Below are positions 1 to 9,800 of a stretch of 64,000 nt of DNA, in pieces. Made by a program: the position numbers and the translations under genes. Where the stretch lies: positions 288,001-352,000 of the forward strand of contig CAWKHF010000002.1 of assembly GCA_963849325.1 (NCBI GenBank), read 5' to 3'. Source of the stretch: an uncultured Planctomycetota bacterium (lineage in GTDB: Bacteria; Planctomycetota; Planctomycetia; Gemmatales; Gemmataceae). A model generated the notes under the pieces. The model was not told where the DNA came from and searched no databases. It worked only from the letters and a program-made list of their open reading frames with translations. How positions within the stretch are numbered: position 1 is the first letter of the stretch; every line of letters starts with the position of its first letter.

Positions 1-239
1 CCGGCGGCCGGAGCGGCGGCGGCAGCCTCGGCCCCTTCCTCGGCCGGCTTCTCTTCTTCCTTGGCCTTCTTGGCCTTCTTGGCGATCTTCAGCACGCGGA
101 CTTTCGGCAGGCCATACGGACTGCGGCCGTCCGTCCAGCGTTCGTCGTCTTGCAGCACCTTGATGCGCTCGCCCCGCGTCAGCACGTTGCGCGAACGCAC
201 CAGCTGATTCTTGCGACGCAGGCTCTTGTCGATGGACAT
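1..239 (-). CDS. PVC-superphylum small basic protein (3' end beyond window edge)
   Basis: Not in ORF track. Read from ATG at 239: [51 protein letters not shown]..., the RNVLxRxERI...GLPKVR signature of the Planctomycetes/Verrucomicrobia/Chlamydiae small basic protein. Confidence 0.85.
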   Translation of the reverse strand, partial: MSIDKSLRRKNQLVRSRNVLTRGERIKVLQDDERWTDGRSPYGLPKVRVLKIAKKAKKAKEEEKPAEEGAEAAAAAPAA

Positions 240-373
240 GATTCAATCCGTCCCTTCACACGGGTCTCCAAAACGTAGCAGGTATGATAGAGGCGTCCGC
301 TGACGTGGACAAGAGCGGACGCGACGGCGACAATAAGAAGGGGGTTCGTAAATAACTGCGAGCACACAGCACC

Positions 374-1648
374 ATGCGCATTCAACTCGATTACGGCCGA
401 ACCGGACTGGAAGTCAATCTCCCCGACGACCGCATCGTCGGCCCCCTGAGCCATCCGGCCGGCGCCGCCGCTGGCCGAACCCGGAGCGCGCCATCGCCGA
501 CGCCCTGGATCATCCCATCGGCTCGCGGCCGCTGGCCGAGATCGCTCGCGGCCGCAAGAACGCCTGCATCCTCGTCTGCGACATCACCCGGCCAGTGCCC
601 AACCGCCTCCTCCTGCCGCCGATGCTCCGCATCCTCGAAGAACAGGGCATCGCGCGGCAAGACATCCTCATCCTCGTCGCCACCGGCCTGCATCGCCCCA
701 ACGAGGGCGCCGAGCTGGACGAGCTGGTCGGCCCCGAGATCGCCGCGCGCTACCGCATCGAGAACCATCACGGCAAGGTCCGCGAGGAGCACGATTACCT
801 CGGCACCACGCCCAACGGCGTGCCGGTCTGGCTCGATTCGCCGCTACCTCCGCGCCGACCTGAAGATCACGACCGGCCTGATCGAGCCGCACCTGATGGC
901 CGGCTACAGCGGCGGCCGCAAGGTCATCTGCCCCGGCATCGCCGGCCTGGACACGGTCAAGGTCTGGCACGGCCCGCGCTTCCTCGAACACCCGCAGGCC
1001 GACTGCGGCATCGTCGAGGGCAACCCCGTCCACGAGGAGAACACGCGCATCGCCCTGATGGCCGGCTGCGACTTCATCGTCAACGTCTGCCTCGACGGCC
1101 AGCGCCGCATCACCTGGGTCGGCGCCGGCGACATGATCCGGGCCTGGCAGGAGGGCGTTCGCTTCGTCGAGCAGGTCGTCAAGGTGCCGGTGCCGGAGCC
1201 GCTCGACGTGGTCGTCACCAGCTGCGCCGGCTATCCGCTGGACACGACCTGGTATCAGGCGGTCAAGGGCCTGACGGGGGCACTGCCGATCGTCAAGCAG
1301 GGCGGCACGATCGTGCTGGCGGCCAGCCTGACCGAAGGACTGGGCAGCCCCGAGTTCCAGCAGGTCATGGCCGAGAACCCCGATTTGAAGCGCTTCAAGC
1401 AGCGCATTCTCGGCGAGGACTATTTCGTGATGGACCAGTGGCAGCTCGAGGAGTTGGCGAAGGTGGTCGAGCGCTGCCGGGTGAAGGTGGTCAGCCACGG
1501 CCTGTCGCCGGAGACGCTGCGGCGCTGCTACGTCGAGCCGGCCGACACGGTCGAGCAGGCCGTCGCCGACTGTCTCGCCGAGTACGGCCCGCAGGCGCGC
1601 GTGGCCGTCATTCCCAAGGGGCCATACGTCCTGCCTTATGTTGCCTGA
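374..1648 (+). CDS. larA: Nickel-dependent lactate racemase family protein (frameshifted)
   Basis: [13 protein letters not shown]-terminus; [19 protein letters not shown] in an alternate frame; [33 protein letters not shown]; compensating frameshifts. Confidence 0.85.
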   Translation: MRIQLDYGRTGLEVNLPDDRIVGPLSHPAGAAAGRTRSAPSPTPWIIPSARGRWPRSLAAARTPASSSATSPGQCPTASSCRRCSASSKNRASRGKTSSSSSPPACIAPTRAPSWTSWSAPRSPRATASRTITARSARSTITSAPRPTACRSGSIRRYLRADLKITTGLIEPHLMAGYSGGRKVICPGIAGLDTVKVWHGPRFLEHPQADCGIVEGNPVHEENTRIALMAGCDFIVNVCLDGQRRITWVGAGDMIRAWQEGVRFVEQVVKVPVPEPLDVVVTSCAGYPLDTTWYQAVKGLTGALPIVKQGGTIVLAASLTEGLGSPEFQQVMAENPDLKRFKQRILGEDYFVMDQWQLEELAKVVERCRVKVVSHGLSPETLRRCYVEPADTVEQAVADCLAEYGPQARVAVIPKGPYVLPYVA

Positions 1649-1671
1649 CCATCCGGGAGCAAGCGCGGAAA

Positions 1672-3240
1672 TCAATGGCCCTCTACCGGAACGTTCGCGG
1701 AGGCCTGCGCCTCGATGGGCGGCTGGGATTCGCGCACGAAGATGAAGACGAGCGCTCCGCCGAGGAGGAGGACCAGCGCCCACTTGAACAGGGCGACGCG
1801 GCGCTGGAAGCGTCTCTCGACGCTGGGATCGAGCAACATGCTCTGCAAGAACGCGACGCGACGCGCGATGGTCGAGTGCTGCCAGGATTGCAGAAAGCCC
1901 GGCCGATCGCGGCTGATGCCGTTGATGAAGGCCACCTTCTCCAGAGCACGGATGAACGTGTTGATGCCGGTCGGACACAGTCCGCGACCGCACTGCGTCG
2001 GGTCCAGGCCATCCTCGTGACCGCGGCAATCCGATTGGAGACACGAAACGGTGCGGCAGCCGAACACATCGGCTTGGCGTTCGCAGCGTCGAGACAGGAA
2101 GCCGAACACCAGGAAGATGTAGCCGAGCAGGACACCGACTAGTGGCACAGCGGCGAGATACTTGTGGTTGCCCGCCTCCAGCAGACTGTCCCAGCCCTTG
2201 AACAGGTCGTTGACGAGCCAGCCCAGCACGATCACGCTCGCGGTCAGAAAGCCGAAATAGTACAGCATGTGGTGATGGCGGATGTGGCCGATTTCGTGGC
2301 CGAACACCGCCTCGACTTCCTCCGGCGTGAAGTCTTCCAGCAGCCGATCGGTGAATACGACGTAGCGAATCCAGGGCACGATGCCGATGACCATGGCGTT
2401 GCCCATGCCGTGGCGCGTGTTCCACACCAGGATGTTGCTCGAGCGGAAGCGCAAGCGCCGGGCCACGCCTTCGAGGCGCGTCCGCAGCGGCCCGGCCGGC
2501 AGCGGCTTCAAACCCAGAACCAGTCGCACAATCCACGGCATGGCCACGAACACCGCCAGCACCACGGCGATGCCGGCCACGTTGAGAACGCCCTGCCAGT
2601 CCTGGTTCGTGTCGGGAAAGAAGCGGAGCAGCTCCTTCTGGATCAGCAGCATCAACACGGGCAGGAACACCAGGGCCAATTTTTGCCGTAGCTGGAACAG
2701 CACATAGGCGGCGCGAGAGCCGAACACCGGCGGCGATCCGCGGCCGGGGCGTTCCAGCTCCAGCCACGTCCCCGCGTGTGCCTCGGCCCCGAGTAAGCGA
2801 TGCGCCGCCTGATGCGAGGCGCGCTCGGCGTCGTAGAAGACGGCCCAGCCCAGCAACTGGCCGACCACGAACGGCGCCAGCACGAGCAATTCGGCCAGGG
2901 GCAGCGGCTGCGTCCCCCAGCGCCACAGCTCAGACACGGCCCAGCCCCAGCCGAAGACGAGCAGGGCCAGGACATAGAAGACGAACAGTCCGATTTGATG
3001 ATGGAAGCGGCCGCGCTCATAGCGGTGCAGCAGGCGTTCGCGCAGCGATGGCTCCAGCGCCGGCGGACGATGGACGCGCCGGGACACACAGAAGGCGTGC
3101 AGGCCCGTCAACGCCACGGCCAGCCAGGTCGCGGCCACGCACCACCACGGCGACATCGGCCACGGCCAGGGCGGATCGGGCCAGGCATCCGCGTTGGGCA
3201 CGCACACCAGCACCAGAAAGACCATGAGCAAGAACGGCAT
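1672..3240 (-). CDS. M48 family membrane zinc metallopeptidase
   Basis: Multiple TM segments, NAMVIG, HEIGH zinc motif, [18 protein letters not shown]. Confidence 0.9.
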   Translation of the reverse strand: MPFLLMVFLVLVCVPNADAWPDPPWPWPMSPWWCVAATWLAVALTGLHAFCVSRRVHRPPALEPSLRERLLHRYERGRFHHQIGLFVFYVLALLVFGWGWAVSELWRWGTQPLPLAELLVLAPFVVGQLLGWAVFYDAERASHQAAHRLLGAEAHAGTWLELERPGRGSPPVFGSRAAYVLFQLRQKLALVFLPVLMLLIQKELLRFFPDTNQDWQGVLNVAGIAVVLAVFVAMPWIVRLVLGLKPLPAGPLRTRLEGVARRLRFRSSNILVWNTRHGMGNAMVIGIVPWIRYVVFTDRLLEDFTPEEVEAVFGHEIGHIRHHHMLYYFGFLTASVIVLGWLVNDLFKGWDSLLEAGNHKYLAAVPLVGVLLGYIFLVFGFLSRRCERQADVFGCRTVSCLQSDCRGHEDGLDPTQCGRGLCPTGINTFIRALEKVAFINGISRDRPGFLQSWQHSTIARRVAFLQSMLLDPSVERRFQRRVALFKWALVLLLGGALVFIFVRESQPPIEAQASANVPVEGH

Positions 3241-3412
3241 GGCGCACTCACCCTCGACCGCGGATCGGCAACGGGCGTCTCCTTTATTCTAACTTGCCGT
3301 CCCGCGCGGGCAAAGCCGGCTCTCGCGCCGCGGCTCGGGGTACGAAAAAACGCCCGTCGCGGCAGGGGCATCCGTCCCCGCCGCGACGGGCGTGTTCGCC
3401 GTTTTCGGCCGC

Positions 3413-5347
3413 TTATTCGCCGCCGTCCCCGGCACTGGCGCCGGCGTCCGCCGATGCCGCCGGTGCCGCCGCATCGAGGATCGGCGCCTCTTCGGCCGAG
3501 GAACCTGATTCCGGCTGGCCTTCCTCGTCGCCGAAGGAGTCGCTGGCCAGAGCCCCCGCCACTCGGTTGACGAGGGCGGCGGAGAGGCCGGAACTGCTCA
3601 GCCGCCACGAACCGGCCGATCCTTTCCAACCGCTCGCGCCGAAGACAAGGGCGCCCTGGCTGGCCGACGCATTCAACATCCCGTCGAAGGGCGTGCCATG
3701 AGCGCCCACGAAGGAGTCCTGCGGCGTTCCGATGGGGGCCAGGGTGAAGACCGAGAGGTTGTTCGTCGCGGCCGAGCTACCGGATGAGCCGGCGGTCGAG
3801 GTGCCGACCGGCGCGTTCGTCGTGGTAGCGAGGACCACACTCACAACCGGACTGCTGCCCAGGCTCGTGCCATCGCTCGCAGCAGAAAGGACGCGGGGGT
3901 GGCCTACCGGATGGCCGGTCGTTCCCCCTGTCGGCGTGCTCGTCGGCGTGGTCGTCCCGGTCGTCGAAGAGGTCGAGGGTCCGCCCAGCAGCGAGACAAT
4001 CGCGCTCACGTTCGGACTGCCAAGGCCAGTCGCCAGGTCATAGCCCTTGGCGGCGCTGTAGCCGTTGGAGCCGCTTGTGATGTCGTGGAAATCACTGCTG
4101 TACGCGCCCGAGGTACTCGTGTATTTGGCTTCGCCGCTGCTGTTATAGACGCCATACAGGGTGCTCTCCACCGTCGCCGTACTAAGGGAGCCGTGACCGT
4201 TGGCGGCGGACTGTTGATCGGCCAGGGCGACGATGCCGGCCCAGGACGGCGCGCCCACGCTGGTCCCGCCCACGTAACCCCAACCGGGTTCCTGGTAGGA
4301 ATCGTAGATGGACACGCCCGTGCTGGGGTTGGCGTCAAAGGCCACGTCCGGGCTCGTGCGCGCGTTGTATTGCTGCGCCACCGGAATGCTGCTCTGGAAC
4401 GAGGGAGCGCTTTCGTAGGAGCTGATGCCGCCGCCGCCGCCCGTATAGCCATAGGACCAGGAAAAACCGGTGTTCCAGGCCGACTCGCTGGAAATGTTGT
4501 TCGTGCTGCTATTGAGCTTTAAGGTGGTGCCGCCCACCGCGAGCACATCCGGCGAGGATGCCGGCCACTCCGGACCCATGTAGGCACTGCTGTCGCCCGC
4601 CGACGCCACAAACGTCACGCCCGGATTGCTGCCGTTCGGGTTCGTGCTGCTTTTCGGCTGGAAGTAGGAGTCGTAATTGGTCTCGCCGGCAAACTCGCTC
4701 CCGCCCCAGCTCAACGATACGACATTGACACTCGCCATCGTGGAAGCCGTATGCACCGCCGTCATCAAATCGCTCAAGCTGCTGGAATTGGCTTCCACAA
4801 GCACGATGTTGGCGCCCGGCGCCATGGCATGCGCCCACTCGGCGTCGAGGGACTCTTCAAGCTCCCAGCCCCCGGTGGGATCGGCCGAAGGCAGGTTCGT
4901 CGAGGAGCCGGACTGGTTGACAACGCTGAGCTTGGCGGGGGATAAACCGTACATCTGATCGAACGTGGCCAGATCGCTGGCGATGTTCGGATCGTTGTAG
5001 GCATCCACGATGGCGATGGTCTGACCGGCACCGTTGGTAGCCTTCGTACCCGTTGCGGGGTTGAGGAGCGAACTGAGGCCGTAAGCCTGCTGGAGCTGCT
5101 GTGGTGTGTAGCCGGAGAAGGTAGTGGTTGCCGACGGCGTAACCGAGACGTTGGTCTGGGCCGTCCAGCTACTCGCCGCCGGTGCCGCGTCGGGCGTCAC
5201 GGTGCTGGCCGACAACAACGCCCGCGTCTCCAGTTCCTCGACTTGGAGCCGCACGCGCCGCTGCTGTCGTATGGGCTTATAGGTCTCGCTAGGAGACAAG
5301 AATTTCCTGAGTTGGCGACGCCATGTCGCGTGTGCGCCTGTGAACAC
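3413..5347 (-). CDS. Secreted S53 (sedolisin-like) peptidase with planctomycete LEPRxLL N-terminal motif
   Basis: RRVRLQVEELETRALLS leader; GQTIAIVDAYNDP, ELEESLDAEWAH, ASAGDS, GGTSVGAP, GYDLATGLGSP; Ser/Thr-rich tail. Confidence 0.9.
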   Translation of the reverse strand: MFTGAHATWRRQLRKFLSPSETYKPIRQQRRVRLQVEELETRALLSASTVTPDAAPAASSWTAQTNVSVTPSATTTFSGYTPQQLQQAYGLSSLLNPATGTKATNGAGQTIAIVDAYNDPNIASDLATFDQMYGLSPAKLSVVNQSGSSTNLPSADPTGGWELEESLDAEWAHAMAPGANIVLVEANSSSLSDLMTAVHTASTMASVNVVSLSWGGSEFAGETNYDSYFQPKSSTNPNGSNPGVTFVASAGDSSAYMGPEWPASSPDVLAVGGTTLKLNSSTNNISSESAWNTGFSWSYGYTGGGGGISSYESAPSFQSSIPVAQQYNARTSPDVAFDANPSTGVSIYDSYQEPGWGYVGGTSVGAPSWAGIVALADQQSAANGHGSLSTATVESTLYGVYNSSGEAKYTSTSGAYSSDFHDITSGSNGYSAAKGYDLATGLGSPNVSAIVSLLGGPSTSSTTGTTTPTSTPTGGTTGHPVGHPRVLSAASDGTSLGSSPVVSVVLATTTNAPVGTSTAGSSGSSAATNNLSVFTLAPIGTPQDSFVGAHGTPFDGMLNASASQGALVFGASGWKGSAGSWRLSSSGLSAALVNRVAGALASDSFGDEEGQPESGSSAEEAPILDAAAPAASADAGASAGDGGE

Positions 5348-5598
5348 GTCTGTTCCTCCGTGGATGCCGAGGCGAACAACTGCTGAGTTGTTACGGATAA
5401 ACCAATGTTATTTTGTTGGGCACCATCCGGGATGTAAAGGGAAAAATCACTCGATGGGATTTTTTTAAGACTTTCGCCGGAAAACGAACCGCTGCCCGAG
5501 GGCGAGCCTCTCACGCCTATGGCGAGGCGGCCGTCGCCTCGTACAATTGGCTGCGCCAGCGGACTGGGGCAGGCCGGTGAACGCGGAGGGATGGACGA

Positions 5599-5964
5599 AT
5601 GAACCCAGGTCGGCGGCGGTGGCTTCTGAGGTTGGCCGCGGTGCTTGTTCTCGCCCTCATCGGGTTGCTGTGGGCCGTGAGGCAGGGGGCGTCGGACCTC
5701 GTCATCGAAAACCGCTCCGAGCAGACGATCGCCCACCTGAAGGTCACTCTCGCCGGCCAAACGCACACGTTCCGCGACGTGCGGACAGGGTCCGAGGTGA
5801 CGGCGCCGTGTCGGGCCGGCAACGGCGATCACTTCTCTCTGGACGGCCAACTCGCGGACGGTACGCGCATCCGGGCTGACGGCGTACTCCGCGACAGCAC
5901 CCATTTCCTCGTGTTGCCGGGCGGGGGAGTCACGTTCCGCCCCAAAAGCAAGAACGCGCCCTGA
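5599..5964 (+). CDS. Hypothetical membrane-anchored protein
   Basis: N-terminal TM helix followed by a beta-rich domain; GGAGG SD upstream. Confidence 0.65.
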   Translation: MNPGRRRWLLRLAAVLVLALIGLLWAVRQGASDLVIENRSEQTIAHLKVTLAGQTHTFRDVRTGSEVTAPCRAGNGDHFSLDGQLADGTRIRADGVLRDSTHFLVLPGGGVTFRPKSKNAP

Positions 5965-5981
5965 CAGCTCCCGTTCGCCCA

Positions 5982-6365
5982 TTACTCCTGAAGGGGCGCG
6001 GGCAAATCCGCACGTCCTCGATACGCCGAGGCGTCCATCGGGCCTTCCGGCATCTCGATGTATCCGCCGCCCACCTTGGCGAACGCCCACACCAGGGCGT
6101 TCCAGGCCTGTCGCAGCCCCGTGTCGGCGTTGCCCCAGGTGACGAAGACCAGTCGTTCCGCCTCGCGCCGCACCGTCACCATGCCCTGTGGCGTGCGCAA
6201 CCGCAACTCGCGCCAGTCCTCGCCGGGCAGTTCGTCGGGGAATGCCAGTTGACCGTCGATCATCCCCATTTGCAGGGGGAAACCGCGACCGCCAAGAAAA
6301 TCGCGCACGGCGGGAAACGGGGGGATCGCCTTGCCGGCGAACGAGATACCTTGTTCCATGCCCAT
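5982..6365 (-). CDS. Hypothetical protein
   Basis: Intact ORF with MIDGQLAFPDE..WRELRL..GMVT motif; continues the minus-strand gene run. Confidence 0.7.
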   Translation of the reverse strand: MGMEQGISFAGKAIPPFPAVRDFLGGRGFPLQMGMIDGQLAFPDELPGEDWRELRLRTPQGMVTVRREAERLVFVTWGNADTGLRQAWNALVWAFAKVGGGYIEMPEGPMDASAYRGRADLPAPLQE

Positions 6366-6385
6366 CGCGGGACGCTCCTTGGGTA

Positions 6386-7221
6386 TCAGAGACGGAAAAG
6401 GCTACGGGCGTTGTCCTCGAAGACCATCGGATGATGCAGTTCGGGGATGGCGGCGGCAAGGAAGGAGCGATACGCCGCCATCGGCGCCAGCGGCCAATCG
6501 CTGCCGTAGAGGAAGCGGTTGGGCCGCTCGGCGTAGCGGAAGGCGCGGCGAACGTCCTGCTGCGCCTCCTGCAACGTCTCGCGCCGCTCCTCGTTGGTGA
6601 ATGCCTCGTCGTCGCCGACGGCCAGGCCGGACAGGTCGGCCCAGACGTTGACGTTTTTGTAGACGACCTCGGCGGCGTCCGTCAGCCACGGGTTGCCGAG
6701 GTGGGCCAGCACGAACTTCACGCGCGGATGATCGACGGCCACGTCATCGACCAGCAGCGGCTGGGCGTAGCGCAGCTTGGCCAGGGAGAATACGTATCTC
6801 CCGTGTGAAAAATGACCGGCAGTTGATAGCGTTCGGCCAGCTCGTAGTAAGGACGATAGCCGGGGTGGTCGGGCGGATAGTGCAGGTAGCCGAGGTACGC
6901 CTTGAGAGCGCGGACCTGCTTGGCGGCCAGAACGGCTTCGACGCGGCGGAGGTGGTCGGCGTCGGCGCGAACCGGATCGGCGACGCCGATGGCGGACAGT
7001 CCGGGCACGGCACGGGCGAGGGCGAGGGTGTCGGCCACGCCGAGCGGATCGTCCGGCCCAGCGTTCCAGCAGCCCATCGCCAGGGCGTGCGTCGCTCCCG
7101 CCGTCTGCATCTCGCGCCGCAGGGCGGCGGCTCGCACCTCGGGCGCGGCGTCGAGCAAGGGGTTCAAGTGGCCGACCCCCGGCAGTCGCGGCGCTACGAC
7201 GTGGATGTGCGTGTCGATCAT
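6386..7221 (-). CDS. Amidohydrolase_2 family metal-dependent hydrolase (frameshifted near 6790)
   Basis: MIDTHIH, PVIFHTG, LAHLGNPW, ADLSGL, LYGSDWP motifs over two frames. Confidence 0.88.
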
Positions 7222-7225
7222 AAAA

Positions 7226-7292
7226 AGTTCTGAGTTCTGAGTTCTGAGTTCTGAGTTCTGTATCTTTCACTCAGAACTCAGAACTCAGAACT
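7226..7292. repeat. Fold-back tandem heptamer repeat (AGTTCTG)5 - spacer - (CTCAGAA)3
   Basis: Directly visible; the two arms are reverse complements. Confidence 0.9.
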
Positions 7293-8466
7293 CTTCAAAG
7301 AGGGCAAGGCTGGCGGTGAAGCCGTGGATGAAGTTGTGTCCGCCGACTGGACCGAGTTCGCCCTGGGCGAAGAAGCCGGCCAGCGGAATGTCGCCGGCCT
7401 CGGCGCGGACGGCGCGAGCATCATGGTGCGGCTCGGCGAACAGGCGCGTACCGCGGCCGTTGCAGCTGAACAGCAGAGCGCCGCCCGGTTTGTGGTCGTG
7501 GGCGCTCAGGTCCAGGCGCAGCAGAGCGTGCAAGTCCTCGTCGGCCGTCTCCGCGTCGCGGACATGGAACTGCACGGTCTGGCCAACGCGAACGCGGTCA
7601 GTGATCGCCAGGGCGCCGGTCTCGCGCTCCAGGGCGAGGACGTTGCGGACCAGGAAATCGCCGCGCTGAAAGTCGCCCTGGTACTCGTTGAGGACGCGGC
7701 CGACGTGCAAACCCTGCTGGAACAGCCGTTGTTCCTCGGCGCTCAGTGTCGGCCACAACTCTTGCAGAAGCGCCAGCGGCGTCTTGCCGCCCAGTTCCAG
7801 AATGAGGTTGTCCTTGGCGCGCGTGATGACCAGGGGCCGGCCAATGGGACGGCAGCCCTGCGAGACGATCGAGCGCAGACCGAGCGGTCCTTGCAGCAGC
7901 ACGCCGACGGCGCCCTGGTCCTTGACCGCGTCCTGGAACAGCAACCGGCACTGGCCGGGGGCGTGAATGCCGCTGGCCATGCCGCCCAGCACGCGCAAGC
8001 CCGGCGAATCCTCGTTGACCCGCCGCAACAACAGGTCGATGGGGAAGGTGAACGGATCGCCCAGCAGCAGGACGGCGGCGTTGGCGGCGTCAGCGCCGGT
8101 CAGCTCGTCGGGCCAGCCGAACAGGCTGGGACCGTCGGCGGTGCGCTCCAGCACGAGATGGAACGCTCCCATCGTCACCGGCCGCGCCCAGCGGCTGGCC
8201 CACAGGCTCATGGCCGGGCCTTGCTCGACCTCGCGGTCGTTGCCGATGACCGATTCGGCGACGCAACCGAGCAAACAGCGCGGGCCGAGGCGCTGGTACA
8301 CGCCGCGGGCGATGTCGTCGGCGGCGCGGGCGTGAAGGGGCGAGAAAAAGAGGATGGCCAGGTCCACGTCGCCACTCAGGCGAGCGCGGACCTGTTCGCA
8401 GACTTCCTCCACCGCCCGGAGAGTCGGCTCAGCCGTGGAGAGCGCGGCGGCGAACGGCATGGGCAA
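7285..8466 (-). CDS. FIST domain signal transduction protein
   Basis: LLGCVAESVIG, LGGMASG, VSQGCRPIG, QFHVRD, LLFSCNGRG, GFFAQGELGPVG. Confidence 0.92.
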   Translation of the reverse strand: MPMPFAAALSTAEPTLRAVEEVCEQVRARLSGDVDLAILFFSPLHARAADDIARGVYQRLGPRCLLGCVAESVIGNDREVEQGPAMSLWASRWARPVTMGAFHLVLERTADGPSLFGWPDELTGADAANAAVLLLGDPFTFPIDLLLRRVNEDSPGLRVLGGMASGIHAPGQCRLLFQDAVKDQGAVGVLLQGPLGLRSIVSQGCRPIGRPLVITRAKDNLILELGGKTPLALLQELWPTLSAEEQRLFQQGLHVGRVLNEYQGDFQRGDFLVRNVLALERETGALAITDRVRVGQTVQFHVRDAETADEDLHALLRLDLSAHDHKPGGALLFSCNGRGTRLFAEPHHDARAVRAEAGDIPLAGFFAQGELGPVGGHNFIHGFTASLALFEEF

Positions 8467-8543
8467 CCTCCCTCGTTTCGACTAGCGGCAGCCGGGTGGA
8501 CGGTGGAGGGAAAAGACATACTTCTCCCTCCGTCCTCCACCCG

Positions 8544-9479
8544 TTACAGGGCGCGTTCCAGGACCGGGAAACTCGCCTGCCGCTGAAAATATTGTTTGTA
8601 GAAGCGGAACAGATGGCTCGCATCCGAAGGCACCTGCGCCGCGAACGTCTCGACGTCGGTGTCGCGCAGCTTGTACGCCGCATAACCGAGCAAATCCAGG
8701 GCCAGCGCATGCGTATCGCGGCCCTCGGCGGCCAGGAAGCTGAACAGGCCATTGAGACGCTTGGTCTGCATTCCCTCCGTCCCGAACGACCCCAGCCGGA
8801 AACACGGCATGGCCGCATCGACCTGCATGGGGTCGGCGTAGGCGGGATCGGCGACGAGCAGACCGACGGCCAGCGCCGCGCCGGTGCGGCTGCGCAAGAC
8901 GAACACGGAATCGGCCGGAAAATACGGGTTGTGGAACAAATACCGCTCCACGGCCGGCCGATCGTGCAGCCGCAGGACGTTCGCCCCGAACGTCAGGATG
9001 GCCGGGACGTCGTCGGGCGTCGCCGGCTCGATGGTGCTGCTGGGGCGAGCCATGGGCGTCGGCATCTCCACGATGTCGAGAACGAAGTTGACCATGTCGC
9101 GGCGAGCTTGGAAGCCGTTCTTCCGAAAGAATTCCAGCGGCGCCGTCCAGTCCGCGCGGTAGGCGGCGAAGGCTTGTGATAATCCGCGTTCCTTCATCGT
9201 CTGGAGTACGCGGTCGAAGAGCGGCTGCGCCGCCGCTTCGTGGCCCTTGCGACACCACGGATAGTTGACGCGACCGTTGGCGTGGAAGCCGGCATAGGCC
9301 ACCGGCCGACCGGCGGCCAGGGCGACGAAGCGCGTGGACGGATCGTAGTCCGCGGCGCGGGCGCGGCGGCGGACCTCGTCCAGCGTCGCCGCCTTGAACT
9401 TGGGCAGATCGCCGGCCGCCTCGTTGTAAATGCTCACCTGGGCCGCGTCGTCGCCGGCCTGGTACGTGCGGATCTCCAT
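8544..9479 (-). CDS. Hypothetical protein with GNAT-like N-terminus
   Basis: MEIRTYQAGDDAAQVSIYNEA start typical of the GNAT fold; ATG at 9479 preferred over the track start. Confidence 0.65.
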   Translation of the reverse strand: MEIRTYQAGDDAAQVSIYNEAAGDLPKFKAATLDEVRRRARAADYDPSTRFVALAAGRPVAYAGFHANGRVNYPWCRKGHEAAAQPLFDRVLQTMKERGLSQAFAAYRADWTAPLEFFRKNGFQARRDMVNFVLDIVEMPTPMARPSSTIEPATPDDVPAILTFGANVLRLHDRPAVERYLFHNPYFPADSVFVLRSRTGAALAVGLLVADPAYADPMQVDAAMPCFRLGSFGTEGMQTKRLNGLFSFLAAEGRDTHALALDLLGYAAYKLRDTDVETFAAQVPSDASHLFRFYKQYFQRQASFPVLERAL

Positions 9480-9678
9480 CAAACGCGCTCCTCTCCGGCA
9501 GCCGCTACGATCGCTGCCTCTCTCCGGTCTCCTCTCTTTCCGCGGCGATGCGGTCCTGGACACGGCGAGGCAGTTGCGAGTTAACCGTCCGGGTCCGGCA
9601 CGGTTGTGTACCGAGGCGCGGGCGGGTGGGGGTAGTTATTGTACAACCCGTCCAGGAATGCGGGAGGGGCGGTTCCTT

Positions 9679-9732
9679 TCCGAGCCGGAAGCGTAAGCGA
9701 AAAGTGCTCTTCGCTTACGCTTCCGGCTCGGA
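9679..9732. repeat. REP-like palindrome family A (CCGAGCCkGAAGCGTAAGCGAA...TTCGCTTACGCTTCmGGCTCGG)
   Basis: Inverted repeat; further copies at 33360-33433, 46094-46145 and a half copy at ~20639-20660. Confidence 0.9.
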
Positions 9733-9747
9733 TAAAACTGACGGTCG

Positions 9748-9756
9748 TGGTATAAT
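9748..9756 (+). promoter_or_regulatory. Extended -10 promoter element for the cytochrome c gene
   Basis: TGGTATAAT matches TGnTATAAT, ~45 nt upstream of the ATG; GGGAGG SD follows. Confidence 0.6.
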
Positions 9757-9800
9757 GAGAACGGGGCTGGTCCTCTGCAGTTCCAGGGAGGTCCCGGACA

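Noticed and set aside
595-2926. Long overlapping ORFs such as 595..2142 (+) and 668..2926 (-), and similar ones throughout
   Set aside because: Shadow frames of high-GC genes with Arg/Pro/Ala-rich composition; only the first part of 595..2142 is real, as a frameshifted piece of larA
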